A stretch of DNA of 64,000 nt from Mytilus californianus. Taxonomy: Eukaryota. Shown piece after piece: positions 11,236-25,400 of this stretch; position 1 is the first letter of the stretch, and each line of letters starts with the position of its first letter. Below the pieces are notes generated by a model. The model was not told the DNA's origin and did no database searches. It saw nothing but the letters and a program-made list of their open reading frames with translations. The stretch is taken from the NCBI RefSeq assembly GCF_021869535.1, contig NW_026262581.1:111848001-111912000 (forward strand). The letters run 5' to 3'. The translations under genes were made by a program, and so were the position numbers.

Positions 11236-13387
11236 ATTAGGCTGCAGTGATAATCTAGTCTATATAATTCACTCATTATAATCTAGTCTATTATCAAAAT
11301 ATCATGACAATTTTCATAATTTCATTTTTTAAATTATAATTTTTAGTACACATGTAAATCATTTTAATATTTGTAACTATTCATGTCTAGTGCTATATCT
11401 GTATGTCATTTTAATTTATTTGTGTCTGTCAAATTCATGCCTTTTATCTTGAATAAATATATATTCTTAACAAAGAGCACAGTCATGGAAACATTCAATG
11501 TAAAAATGTTGCCTTTGTTTAAATTTAACAATTTGAATTGTCCATTCCGTTTTTTTAAAGAACGAAACTGTGTGAAATCATGAAATTGTGTTACCAATTT
11601 TCCGTAAATAAGGTAAAATCTTGAGATTTACTGTCTTCTCGATGCATTTGCATTATTAAATGTATTATGTCGGAATAAGGTCCGTTTGAATGTACCTGGT
11701 TACTTAAATTCAACCTTTGCTGTTTTTCAACCGACTTGTTGGTATTTTAGAAGAATTGGTGTGTTCCTTTAATTCACATTTACACCCAGATGTCGTTAAA
11801 TGAAATTAGATACCCTGCATTTATCATGCTTTTCAATAACATATGGTCAAATCGCCGAAAGACCCCATCCTAAATTATTGAAAACTATCATTCTGCATTG
11901 ACAATTATATCTTGATGTAAAATCATATACCCATTCGGGCTAACGCCCTCAAGGTGTATCTAATACAGACAGCCAGTAAAATGATTAATTACCGATTATT
12001 GAAGAGCTCCATTTTTAGATTTCCCACTGATGCAATAGTTTAAATTGAGCACTGTTGTCTCACAACGGTGAGTGTTGAGGTTTTACTGGTGATTGATCAA
12101 CATTCATTCACTTCACATCATAAACAACTTCCTATTGTAAACATAATGTGTAGGTAAACATCTGTTGTTACTTTTCATTTTTGTCGAAAAGTACATGTTC
12201 CTGCATTTAATGACATAAAAAATTCATTACCCGCCACGCTGCATAATACATTAGATGACTTAGATCTATCAAACACCCACTTTAGAAACTTTCCGGAAAT
12301 GCAATATTGTAATACGTTTATATTTACAACAAAATTTTACTTAGTGACATTAATTTTTTATTACTCAGTCTATGAAAAGGTTGCTGATGGCATAGTATAT
12401 ACATGAATAATTTTAATATTCGTTGGGTGAAAGAGATTTTTCCTAGTTGATGTAACATTGATTTCAGAGGGCTAATTCTCCCAAATGGCCCTCTTATTAG
12501 CTATTGTTCTGCACATTGTTTATAGTTTTAGTTATCACAGGGTCAGTTTAGTCATGTAACAAAATTCCATTTGATTATGTTAATATTAAAGATAATACAA
12601 ATGTCAGATCACCCAATATAAAGCAAAAATTCACCACCAATTTATTATATATCAATTTTAATTATTTTCATGATAAACTGGTTGCAACATTTTGATACCT
12701 TTTAGGTGACGTAATTTCATCTCAATAATAGAATGTGATAGCTGGAATTTTCAGTTTCTTTTTCGTGTGACATTTTGATTTGAAATGGAGGGAACCTTTC
12801 TCTTGATACTTTTTACTCTTTCTCAAGGTAAGAAACAAACTGAAATATATTACGTTGTTGAAAACCGAAATACCAAGGATTTGTATAGTGAATACACTAT
12901 ACAAATCCTTGGAAATACTTACAATTAAAATGTACACTGCACAGTGCTGCTGTATTTTTTGGCTCCTGAAATGCATATTTTTATATTATTTCTTTTTTCA
13001 TATGAATCTAATTATTTTCGGTTTTAAACATTACGATCTTATTTTCAATATTTTCTAAAATATAACGCTTTTTACGGAACAAATGATGCCCTAGTTATTA
13101 CACAGGTAAAAAATATCACTAATTGCTAAAGATGAAGATATTTCCAAATGATTCTCCCAGCTATGAACATTTTTAAACGCCCCGTGGCTTTTTTCAATAT
13201 ATATATATATATACAATATCCATATAGTGTAGGAAAATATCAAATTTATTTGACGAGCTTTAGAAACAGAGAGAAACGCTAAGCTCGCCGAGCTTTTCTC
13301 CTTTTTCGTAGCGCGTAACAAACCAATTTTATATTTTCCTACACTGTACGAATATTGTTTTTATCCTGCAATTTAACATTGAGCTAT

Positions 13388-14928
13388 AGCCCCCGTCACA
13401 CTAGACCAAGACCATGAAGATCCCACTACGATCTATAAAAAAAATAAGATCGCGGTGATATCGTGGTACTAGTCGGCTTGAATATTCAATATTTCATAGT
13501 TTTCACGTTCATACCATGAATTTGCTATGAATCATTGATCCTGATAAGATCCTGCTACGATTCCGCTACGATAAAAACACGTTCTAGTTTCGATCTTGTC
13601 ACGCTCTTGCTACGTCTAATAAGACCTTACCACGACTTACACGACCTCTATACGCTTCTACCAAGACCTTCCATATCGCATTACGATCTCAATATACGAG
13701 TCGAACCACGACTCCACTACGTTTCCACTACGTTGAACTTGCGCTCTAGAATATGGCTTCATCAGATAAGTTCTCAATCAAAATGCGTCTTCTCCTTAGA
13801 TGAAGTACAGCATGTTCAGGTCGGCATTAGGTAAGGGATTTGACTCTGATATCCAATATCTTCCAAAAACTCCTTTAATTTTAATTTAATTTAAATAACA
13901 TGCTTTCCATCGAGTGCGCCACAAGCGTGTGGCACGTTCTATCTTCTCTGAAATTCCTCGGCAATAGCTCGCCATTCATTTGGATCTGTTGGACAGGATA
14001 TGACTTCATCTTTATATTCCAGTACAATTGCCTGGCAAACCACAGGAATAAAAGTACTTATAGTGTTGCGCGCGAATATGAAATCGTACTGAAGGGTTGG
14101 ATACATATCGCCAGAAGCTCAGTACCTTTAGGTAATAGCAACTTTCAGACCGGGATCTAGTGCCTTTCTGAATCGGGTGTCTATCTTCTGAATTCGAATA
14201 AACTTACTCTGTTTAAAAGTTCATCAAACTTTTCTGAAGGCATCCTTATAAAATTAAAAAATGACTTTGGATCCTCCATCCTTAGGCCTTTCATAAGTCG
14301 GTCGTAAAGCCTAAACTGAAGTCTTCTTTCAGCAGAAAGCCAAGGACGCAACCAACAGGACCTACGCTGTCTAATATGTCTTCTCCTGTTTCTTAACTAA
14401 AAGTGTAGCATGATCAGCAAAATCGATACAGTGCAGCTGAATTAAAAGATTGCAGAAGTAGGTTTTGCTCATGTGTGTCAATGGTTGAACTACAGATAGA
14501 AGTTATTGCATCCGTTTTTTTATATCAACAGAACGAGGTCGTGCAATTTTCGTGTCTAGGATGTAGTTGTATCGTAGTAAGGTCGTACTAAGAACGGCAA
14601 GCGCGTAGTAGCAGCGTACTCTTGTCTTCCTCATCGTAGTATCATCGTGTTAATATCGTAGTAAAAGCGTAATAAAGACGTAGTGAAATAGGGATAGTCG
14701 CAATGAAATCGTAGTAAGGTCGCAGTGAAATCGTTTCCATTGGCTTCCCGATTGCACCACGATTTCCGATACGGTGCTTCTACGCCCATTCCGATCTTAC
14801 TACGTCCTTACTACCACCTCCACGATCATGAAGACCTTGGCACGTCCTTACTACTACCTTACCACGACCACCACGATCTTACTACGACTTCCAAACTTTT
14901 TCATAATTTCTGAGGTCGTAGTGGGATC
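13388..14928 (-). mobile_element. Internally deleted PIF/Harbinger transposon
   Basis: Left end agccccgtcacactagaccaag; ctacgat/tcgtag-rich subterminal regions; inverted gatcccactacga/tcgtagtgggatc with truncated right tip; transposase remnant inside. Confidence 0.8.
13899..14375 (-). pseudogene. PIF/Harbinger (HARBI1-like DDE) transposase fragment with stops
   Basis: WLRPWL..YDRLM..EDPKSFFNFIRM..FDELL, FRKALDPGLKVAIT*RY*ASGD, W..IAEEFQRR*NVPHACGALDGKH. Confidence 0.9.
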
Positions 14929-15404
14929 GGTTATGGGTTATTAAACGTATAGTTTTTTCCCATCCACATCGTTGTTGAATGAAATCGGCATGATTTAAAC
15001 GCGGACCGCCATGAGGACCCATATTGAACTGTTATGTAAACAGCAATTTGAACATAACCGTTCGCTCGCAACAGAAGCAGAATACCAGGAGACTAGTTCA
15101 TGTTATCTGCGCAGCACCCTGTATTTGTAAAGTACAAAGGCCGATTGCAGGATAAATATAGATTCTTACATTGATACCAGTGGATTATCGGATTTATCCA
15201 TCGAGATAGTTAACTACCCTTCGAGTGCCTTCCACATTTCACAAAGTTGTCAATTTCATTAACACCTGTTAGCATATTTTCATTGATTAAGGTTATGACC
15301 CTTAAACTCTTCCAATCCTCTTCTGAGATCACCGACAACCACACGTTGATTTAATTTTTTTATACAATGAGTGCAGAAAGGTATAAATTGCCAAAGAATT
15401 AGAG

Positions 15405-15406
<2 letters not shown>

Positions 15407-15453
<47 letters not shown>
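15407..15453. repeat. (TA)n microsatellite
   Basis: About 23 perfect AT units. Confidence 0.95.
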
Positions 15454-15454
<1 letters not shown>

Positions 15455-18400
15455 CAGGGTTTAAGAACATCCGTTGTTCGACTTGCTTGTCAAATGCGTT
15501 TTCTTAAAATATTCTATTTCACTTTTTTGGTCTTTTGGAAAATGTTGTTTGTGCTCTACCAAAAAATGTGTTTTGCATGCACACGTATAAAAAATGCGGT
15601 TTTTATCCAACGCAATCGTAGGTTTGAAAGTTTTTTTCAATTTAGACTTGTATATTTATATATATATATATATACATTTTTATCTAAAATGGTATTTGGT
15701 ATAGAATTTAACGAATTCTCAATTTACATGGATTTCTGGCTCAGAATTTATTGATTCACAACAAAAGCCTAACAGTGTTGTAAACTCTTCAATTTGCTAT
15801 TTACATGCATTATTGTAAGCAACATAGATATTTGATCTAAACAAAATCATCAACTTTAACGATTTTTCACGTTTCAAATCTTTTCCAGTTGAAATTACGA
15901 TATATGTGACTAGCCACGATATTTCCAGGCTTACCTTGTCTAAAATTGGCTTTTTGCATATTTATCTAGTACATACTGAAACATAACACTCTGTCATACT
16001 ATTATGACCTATTTGTTGCAATAACAATGAAACGAGTCTTTCGAATATCGACATAATGAGACTATTCGATGACGACTTTTTATTATCGAAAGCACTAATT
16101 TATAAAATACTAAATTTTTGTATTTTATTGGCACTTAGTATTCTCAAACAGCGTGTTTGAATACAAATTTCAAATGAATAAAATTAACTACAATACAAAC
16201 AGTTCTTAGATATCTTTTAGAAAATGTAATTTAAACTTGTTGTAATGAAGTTAGTGTAAAATTTGTCAAAGAAAGCTTTTAGATTTTTTTTTAATTTGTC
16301 TTTTAACTTAGATTTATGATGCATGTCTCCTACCACATATCATGCGAAGCGTAACAGTTTATAAGTAGTTGTTCTCATATATATATATTTGATACGGTGC
16401 TTTTATTATAATATATTTTAGACTCTATTTATGAAAATTTATAGAGCACAGAATTTTGATTAGTTTTGTAACAATTTTATAAAAATTATGTAGATTCAAA
16501 TATTTTTCACTTCAAACAATAACGTAAAACTTCTTCAGAACTTATATAGGATGGATAGTTCAGTGTCAGCACAAAAAAGGCAGTGTAAAGTGTTCATCCC
16601 TTCTTTACAAATACCTACTCAATCCCGAGGAAACTGAAGGAACCATCTGAAAACAGTTATAAATTTGTAAACGATTGATTTACTTTCAATATATATATTG
16701 TTTTTACCGGGCTTCAACTTATGAAGTCAGAGGCAGATTTTTATATCTATTTCATTTCTTTTTTCTCCTTTTAGTTTTTTTTTTTTTTTTTGGGGGGGGG
16801 GGGGGGTGCTGGGCCGCAGCTGCATGTATGGTAAATGCATGAACTTTTTTCAAATGCCACTCTTAACGTTGTCATGTTACCCACCCTGGTCTTCTCTGTT
16901 TTCACTTATTTATTGAGTAACTGTACATCGCATACATTCACGTCAATCGTTTTATACCAACCGACTGTCCCTAGTAGAGATAAATGCATTTATTTCTTTA
17001 AAGTCAGATATTAAAACAAATGAAAGACTATATCGATAAAAGATAGCCAAAAAGCATTATAATAAAATAAACTACTCGAAAAACAGTTCATCTTATATTC
17101 AAATACAATACTGGTAACTCTTAAAAACCTTAAGACTATATGCCTTATTGTATGGAATGTGTTTAACTTTATTATTATTATTTGCTGTTCCTATGTTACA
17201 CATATATGTATGTATATATACATGTTATATTGAAAGCATGGTGAGGTTGTAATGATTATAAGAATGTTTGTGTATACAAAATTTTCATTCGAAAATGTAA
17301 TGTACAACGCCTCAAAGCATACAAAAGAATATATATATATTTTTTTAAATTTCATGCTTTTGAAACAGAGATTTTAAATGGTAAAAAATACAGAAGGTCC
17401 CATCTTCTTTTTGACGTTTATGATAAGTTTGCAGTTGTTTTTCATTCGTTTTATGTGTTTGAGCTTTTGATCTTGCCATTAGATAAGGGACTTTCCGTTT
17501 CGGATTTTCCTTGGATTTCGGTATTTTCGTTATTTTACTTTTTGCTTTAGCTAAAAGTTTTAAATTATATAAATTTTATATGCAATGGCAAAAAGCATCC
17601 AAAACATAAATTCAGTATAGAAATAAACGTGTATGTCCCCATACGAAATTTTACAATTAACGTTTATATATAGTTAACGGCGTTTTTCTCACAATGACTT
17701 TTTAACTCTAAGCCTGGAAATGTAATGGCGGGTCGCATATTTTACTTGCGTCTTATTGTTTGAATATCAGATAAGTCATGCCAGCACGCATAAAGTAGTG
17801 ACAAACATAGATTGCACCTAAACTTTGAAATCAAATTTCGATACATTTATAGTAAAGTTCTAATTTTGAGGATAACATAACATAAAGTTTTGTGTCCCTA
17901 ATTCTTATATGCTTCAACTGTAGTTTTTCTTAGCTATAACTATGTTTTGTTGGTCACAAGAATAAATCGACTACAATTTCGAAATGTCTTAACTATATAT
18001 ATTTATATGTTATAAGGACTACCCCAATTATTGATTGTTCATGTTGTAGTTTTTGGTTGCTTAACGTCCAGTGGCAAATATTTCATGCATGTTATGGACG
18101 AGCATGTTGTCATAAGTAATACTGTTCTCAAATATTAAAAGCTCTCTAACAAAGATAATTTCAGAGAATTACTATTTTGCTATTAATCTTAAGTATACAT
18201 AAAGTTGATTAAGAGGTTAATTGGTGGTTATCTTATCGGTTGTGATAGGACTTCCTCCAAAGGTGGCTGTTTTCTATCCAGTAAAATACAAGGTTACTAC
18301 GGGTTTCACTAATAGCAGTTTGAAACAAAAAACGGAATCACGAATCCAAATAGCTCTTTTAAATTATATGGTATTCTTGTACACGAAGCTCTAAAGTTGT

Positions 18401-19420
18401 GAAGCCAAATACCTTAACTATTGTGACATTGGTGACTGCAAATTATCAACTTCTAATCTATACAAAACTAAAAAAAACTATATAGCTTAACAAGTATATC
18501 ACATAATGTAAGACCTTAAGCCCACGGTTGTTTGAAGCATGGTCCCTGTATATCATTTTTCGTGTTACAGATATGTTCAATAAACTTTCTTTGTTAAACA
18601 GCTGAATTTTCCCTATTCAACGTGTATTAGTTTATTTTTTAAACAGTATGTGTGCCTATCCTACATACCGTGACTGCTTCCACGATACAGTTGTATAGAT
18701 TTGCGCAAGAACATGCTAAATAAGTGAAATGAAGTTTGTTATTGGAATGTCTGTAACAATTCAATAAAAAAAAACGGGTTCCAGTCCGAAGTGCCTTTGC
18801 TCCAGGCCAAAAAATGTACAAGATCATGCTGAATTAATTAACAGTAGTATTTGTAATAACAAGGTTTGTTTTATATGTTTCCTGGTTGTATATAAATTCA
18901 TCATATATGCCAATATTAAAATTTTGTATACCAGACGAGTGTTTCTTCTACGACGCATATTGTTGGTTTGTCCATACCGCTGTATCGCTGTTTTTTTTTA
19001 ATCTCATTTGTTTATTGTCAGGTATTTCTCAATCTGTTCATTTATAATTTACCTGTCTTGATATAGAAATAAGGAGATGCGGTTTTAACAACATTTCTAA
19101 CTGACAGTGACAAAATCAACACAATAAAGTAAGGGAAACTGTAAACGCATCAAATGATCAAATGTACATTGTGTGTAATTTTCTATTTATGATTCCGTGT
19201 ATTGCAACTGGGTTTTTAATCACTTGTCAAATAGTATTTTATGTGTCTACCTCCAATTCAAAACCCAAGTGTATTCAACCAAATATTTCAATTTTTCGTA
19301 ATAAATCACTTATCATTTCATATGAATGAATGACCAACTAATGCATGTATTGCCACGATAAACAACAATATATTGCAATTTTCAATCTATGGAACATTGA
19401 AACTGTTGCTGTATTTTCAG

Positions 19421-19483
19421 GTTTGTTCTTGGCTACCAGTTCCATTCATCATCACGATGCCGACAGTAATTCAACTTTACAAG
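19421..19483 (+). CDS. Gene 1 probable exon (end of signal peptide and linker: LFLATSSIHHHDADSNSTLQ)
   Basis: ttttcag|...AAG|gtaaat; 63 nt, phase 1-1; G+AT gives D of DPC in the next exon. Confidence 0.5.
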
Positions 19484-22400
19484 GTAAATATACATTTTAT
19501 GAAATTCCAAACATGTACTTATTTGAAAGACCGTTCATGTCAAACACCCGATAAAGTAAAGCGTTAACGTTTAACGCGATAAATACAGTTTAACGCGTTA
19601 AGAAATCAACGTATTTAAGAAATCTAACCTGTAAATGAAAAAAAAAATTATCGTGATAAAATACCCGTCGCACTTGCCATATATGTCATAATAAATAATT
19701 TTTAACTTTTAAGGCGTTCAATCTACATTTTATCCCGTTGATTCTACTAGTAATGGAGTGGGTACATTGGGGGTTCTGGGCCATTTTGTCTATTGTTATT
19801 ATGGGGAAAGGTAGCCTCCTGATATAGGTAGCCTCCCGACGTGAGGCTAATTCTATGACGTAATTTTTAGATATTTTGAGACTTATTAATTGGTGTAATT
19901 GATAAATGGTGTACAGGTGTTTATCACCTTTCGTGTGTATGTATATATGTATGTGTGTGTGTATCGATTTAAGGTTGTAGCCATGTAAATATGAGCAAGG
20001 GGTTATCCAATATGTTTTTAGTTTTTTACGACTGTGTGTTCTATATCTATTAGAATTGTTTAGATTATGTAATCATTATGTGTAGGTTTTGTTCAGTAGG
20101 TTAATAGTTGAATGACAAAACATGTTATCCCCGTCAATTTAGAGAGACATGGGTAGGAGAGCCATCCACATGTTGTCTTTACAATGCTAAAATCATAGCC
20201 TTATAGTTTATATATGTAGAAAACATGAATAAGAGTGTCATCTATCACCTAACAGTATATTCAATCTCACGAAAGGGCAAACAGTAAACATTCCTTTCGT
20301 GCAGGGGTGTTTACTGTTTGGGCTTGATGCTAGCCTTTCTAGGATAGTTCACACTCTCAAATGCCAGATAAATTGCGAAATTCAATCCTTTCTCACAAGT
20401 TTGTATAACTCAGGACCCGCAAAATCACAGGGATTAGACAGATTGTAATATATGGTTTACAAAAAAACTGCTCCCACGATCCATCTTCTTTGTACGAAGG
20501 TTTCAAATAGAATGATATATCTAGAGTTCTTTTATATACGCCAATCCTCCTCCTCCTATAATAGTTTTTCCCGACCCTGTAGGTCCAGCCAACATCATGG
20601 TAAACGGTTGCTGTAAAACTACATTCTAAGGCGGAGGCGGCGGCGGAGGTGGTGGTGGCGGCGCCAGCGGTGGGTACGGATGACTGCTCGGTGGATATGG
20701 TTGATTGATTTTGTGTCTTTTCCTGTTATGTCTCAACATAGCATCTTTGATTCTATACCACATTCTGGACATGTTGTATTCATCTTGTAGAGCTCTTTAA
20801 ACACGTTCGTCTTCTTTAAGTGTTCAAATGATAATTGATGGTTCGTTTACTGAAAGAAATTTTATATTCTCCAATGACCGTAAGCAAGATTACTCACACC
20901 ATCGTCTAAAATGTATCGTTTGTCATCAAATGGGGAGAGACCAAGTTGATAGTGATGTTATACAGTTGATGGTTATACGATCTCATCTGGTTCATTGTTG
21001 ACATATGCAATGTCTTTTCAAACAAGCAATGTTTATAGTGTTCATGTTTAGTGTGGTGTTTAACAACACTTTTTTTAATCCCCTTCACTGTCTTTTTTTC
21101 TTTTATTTGTCCGTTTTCTTCGTACATTAGGGAATACATCTTTGATTTAAGACCGGCGAATTCTTCAATAGGAATTTCGTGGGTCTCGTCTTCCATTTTG
21201 CCAAGTACTTTTTTTCCTATTGGTGATACTAAATAGTGGATGTCCCTGATCTTCCAGCAGGTATTTTGCATATGGTGACAGCATATCTTCTGTTGTCTTC
21301 ATTCTTTTGGGAGGCAGAGGATATTAATTATGGAGATCGTGTAATTCTATCGGGTAATCCATATCGACTTCTAAGATGTAGCCATTCTCACTGTTATCAT
21401 CAGTTGAATCTATATTGAGGCTATTCATCTCGTATTTGTCCAACCACCGAAAACCAGACACTGGGAGTGGCTGAGACATGACCCATCCGTAGAGGTTATT
21501 GGCGTCTAAATAAGTTACATGACTAGTTGACTTAACGATCATAGTGTCGTTCACATAATTGCTGTTTGCTTTAGCATGTCGGTGTGTTATCGTTGGTATC
21601 CTCCTCTCAAACCTTTCTCTATAAACAAATGCATATCTACATCTGTCAAAAGTTCTAGATGGACACCTTTCATTTTCAAAGCAGCTTGCCAAGTTAAACC
21701 GGGTGATGTATAAAAAGGAGCAGCATCCAGTCCGTAGTGATTAAGGCAAATCTCTTAAATTGAAATTTTCAAAGACATCAGCCTTTTTTTTTACCAAAAC
21801 GACAAGAACACCAGTGAGAACATATAGGTCTTCATAATCTCCAAGGTTTCTTATTCAAAACTCCCTCCACACTCTCGTTGCATGTGCATAATCTTCATCT
21901 GTTATTTTCTCAACTGTTAGGAAACTGTAAAAGGCCTCTTTTGGTGGAAGCTTTAGCTCTTTAAATCTTCCTACTGAATCAAAATAATCGTATGGGTATA
22001 CTTGTTTTCGTAACAACAACTCAATTCTTCCTTCTCCACAATGTTGTCTCATGTGTTTGAATTTGGTTGCACCTTCTTTGGCAAGATTCTCCAAAAGTTT
22101 TTCTAAAGACAAAGACATGAATTGAAACGAGTCAATAAAGTCCATGCATCCCAATGAAAAAGAAATATATTTCTCCATATTGTTGGAAATATATTTCAGT
22201 TGTTTCCCTTGAATTTTGCCAATGGCTTGCATGATCAGGTGACTATCATAGCCCCTTAGGTTATAAAATACAACCGTAATCCGACCGGTAAATTTATAAT
22301 TGATGTTACATTCGTTATGAGCCGCTCCTCTAAATGTTCTTGTCACGTGACATTGATCTATGACTCTTTCTTCTCCAAGATCTTTGAAAATAACCACGTA

Positions 22401-25400
22401 TCGTCTTCTGTTGGCATTTCTATTTTCTGTAGCCCATGTGTTTGGCAATATGGTGTGTGGTCTGTTAACAATGTTTCTTTGGTAAATCCATGTAAACAGT
22501 AGGGACAGTAAAAATATCTTCTTTTATGACTATGCTGGTCACCTAATAATCTATTCAAATCCTTAATCCAACAAGAGTGAGATTTTTTTGCCATCTGATA
22601 TCAATAACAGATTTACTTTTTGCTCATATCGAGTCTTTGTCACATGCAATGGCATTAGTTCTTTCTTTTCGTATCAAAAAAAATTGATAGAAACTTTGTT
22701 TTGAGTTTCAAATTTTGGTATATCAGCCAATTTCATAGGAAAATTTATGTTTTGAAACTTCAAATGAGATGCTTTGTCTGTATAATTTGAGATACGTTTA
22801 GCTCCTTAATCTACCGACCGTATGGGTTCCCAATTTTGTTATTTATATGTATATAAGATATCTTATATAAAAAATATTTATAAGATATCTAAGATATCGT
22901 ATATACTTTATAAGATATCTTATATACTTTATTAAGATATCTAAGATATCGTATATACTTTATAAGATATCTAAGATATCGTATATACTTTATAAGATAT
23001 CTAAGATATCGTATATACTTTATTAGATATCTTATAAAATTTAAAAGATATCTTCTAAAGTAAATGAGATATCTTATAAACTTTATAAGATATCTTATAA
23101 AACTTGATTATATAAGATATCTGATATATTATATGAGATATCTTGAATTTGGAATAAATATTAAAACGGCTTGCCTTAGAAATCACTATATAATATTCAT
23201 TATACTGAATTTAAATTGTAGCAAATGCGAAAGTCCGATGGCCTATGTAACTTATGTGGCAATTTTTTTGAAACCAAGAGCATCTATTCTATCATTGTTA
23301 TAAAATTCAAAACGTCATTGAAGAAATAAAAAGATTGATATCAATGTGCATAGATATAACGCTTAACTTTGATGTCCAAAACACGATTATTGGATATAAT
23401 CAAGATCTTGATAAAACGCAAATAAATATTGGAAATTTGATAGTGTTTTCGGGAAGATCTAGTATTTGGAAAGATTGGAACGACATTAAATTCAACAAAA
23501 CAGTATTTAATACATTTTCATCCTCCGTATTTCTAAGAAAGATATGAATGATTTTATCAAAATGATCGCTAAATCAAACAAAAAGAACTTATTCGGAATA
23601 GACAAACTTGACCGTTTATCTCAAATATTGTAATCACTATTAATAGTCGAATTTGCTTAATTAATTATCACTTGTTTATTCTTTATGCAGATATATATAT
23701 ATATATATATATGTTTAATTTCTACTTTCTTTTTGGCTAATTATTATATATTTAATTGATCCAACTTTTTGTGTACTATACATATGTGGATATCTATTTT
23801 TCTTTTTTTCTTTTTGGGCTGCTTGTTTGTTATCTATATCAACCACACTTGCAATAAAATGCATTAGTATTAAAAAAAACAACATACTATAGATTCTTTA
23901 TCTACGTATTCTTTAAGAACTTAAATAGTTCTCGTTTAACTTTTCTTTTTTTTATCTCATTGTTTGTATTGTATTATGAAAAATTATTGATGTTGTAATG
24001 TTTATGCCCTTTGGGGCCCATNNNNNNNNNNNNNNNNNNNNNNNNNNNNNNNNNNNNNNNNNNNNNNNNNNNNNNNNNNNNNNNNNNNNNNNNNNNNNNN
24101 NNNNNNNNNNNNNNNNNNNNNNNNNNNNNNNNNNNNNNNNNNNNNNNNNNNNNNNNNNNGTCTCAGTATTATAGTTAATTATATTTATCATCTGAATACA
24201 AAACGCACACTTTGAACTAGTATATTGTTTACACCTTCATTTACAAACAATCGCTATTATTTATATAAGTTAATTTTATAGTTTATATTTAATACATATT
24301 TATATTACATACTTTTTTGTACTAGTATTTTACTCACCACAGACTGTGTTTCTTCATAAGTGCACATACATTTATTTCACAAATAATCCTGCATCGAAAA
24401 TCCTGACCCTGTAACCCCTAGGTGTGTTACACGACAAGAAAAACCTTAACATATGCATTATCTGACTTTTATATTTACCGTCAAAAATATTATGTTTTGC
24501 AAAGCATGGACAAATCTACAGTCTGGCAAAGTATAAGAAAATTCTAAAGTGAAAATATATTTTACACAGTGGGCATGGCGGCATATCGGGTTTCATAAGG
24601 ATTTTAACCATAAACTTATTAAAGATTTTAGGCTTATAATTTCATACTCCTGGTATGTTTTTCGGTAGCATTACAAACACTAGCAGGCAATTTATAGATA
24701 TTTTATTATACGTGTTTAATATTCAGTTAACAAACTCACTACCACATATAAACCCAAGACAAATCCTGCTCTAGTACGCATTTGCAATTTTAAAAAATAC
24801 ATCATATATGGCGGTGTTTTCTTTCTTTTTTCTTATTACAATCATGAACAAAAGAGTCATTAAGTATGATCATATATAATGTTTACAAGTGTATATTTTC
24901 ATTGAAATATTATATAACTGGCATCAAAAACACCAATATGAAAAAACAAGGCGACAAGAAATATTTGTGTTGGCTTGATTTATATTACTGACCACAGGCG
25001 TTTGGTGCTTAAGGGGGTTAACCTTTTTTTGTAAATATTTGTTTTTTTCTTAAAACTTATTTTCACTTTTTTATGTGTTTTTGCTCTTATCCATACGATA
25101 TTACAACAACAATAGGTATAAATTTTGCCCCTCTATTCTTGTTATTGTTATATCGTTTGGATAAAAGTAAGAACACGTTAAATAAGTGAAAATCAGTTTT
25201 AAAAGATAAAAAATATTTACTAAAAGAAATTAAACTATACAAAAAAGGAAAAGATATCCGGGGTCCATGTAACTGATGACCTAATTTAGATAAGTGATGT
25301 CCTAGCCGACGCGTGATATCTCTGATTCTGAGCAGATGAGTCATTAAATCCATATTTTTGGTTGAAGTTTTTTACTTTATAAAAATTCCAGTTGTTATAT

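Larger units (their letters stand above)
20385..23143 (-). mobile_element. Heavily deleted Polinton/Maverick remnant (pPolB, ATPase, integrase)
   Basis: Three Polinton hallmark gene fragments, co-oriented and adjacent; termini not identified. Confidence 0.85.

Noticed and set aside
17158-17250. MCLTLLLLFAVPML signal-peptide-like ORF as gene 1 start exon
   Set aside because: Available donors are phase 0 or 2 while phase 1 is needed; the Leu run comes from a (TTA)n tract
19745-19860. agtaatggagtggg... as a possible Polinton terminus
   Set aside because: No matching inverted copy found on the other side of the remnant, so it cannot be supported
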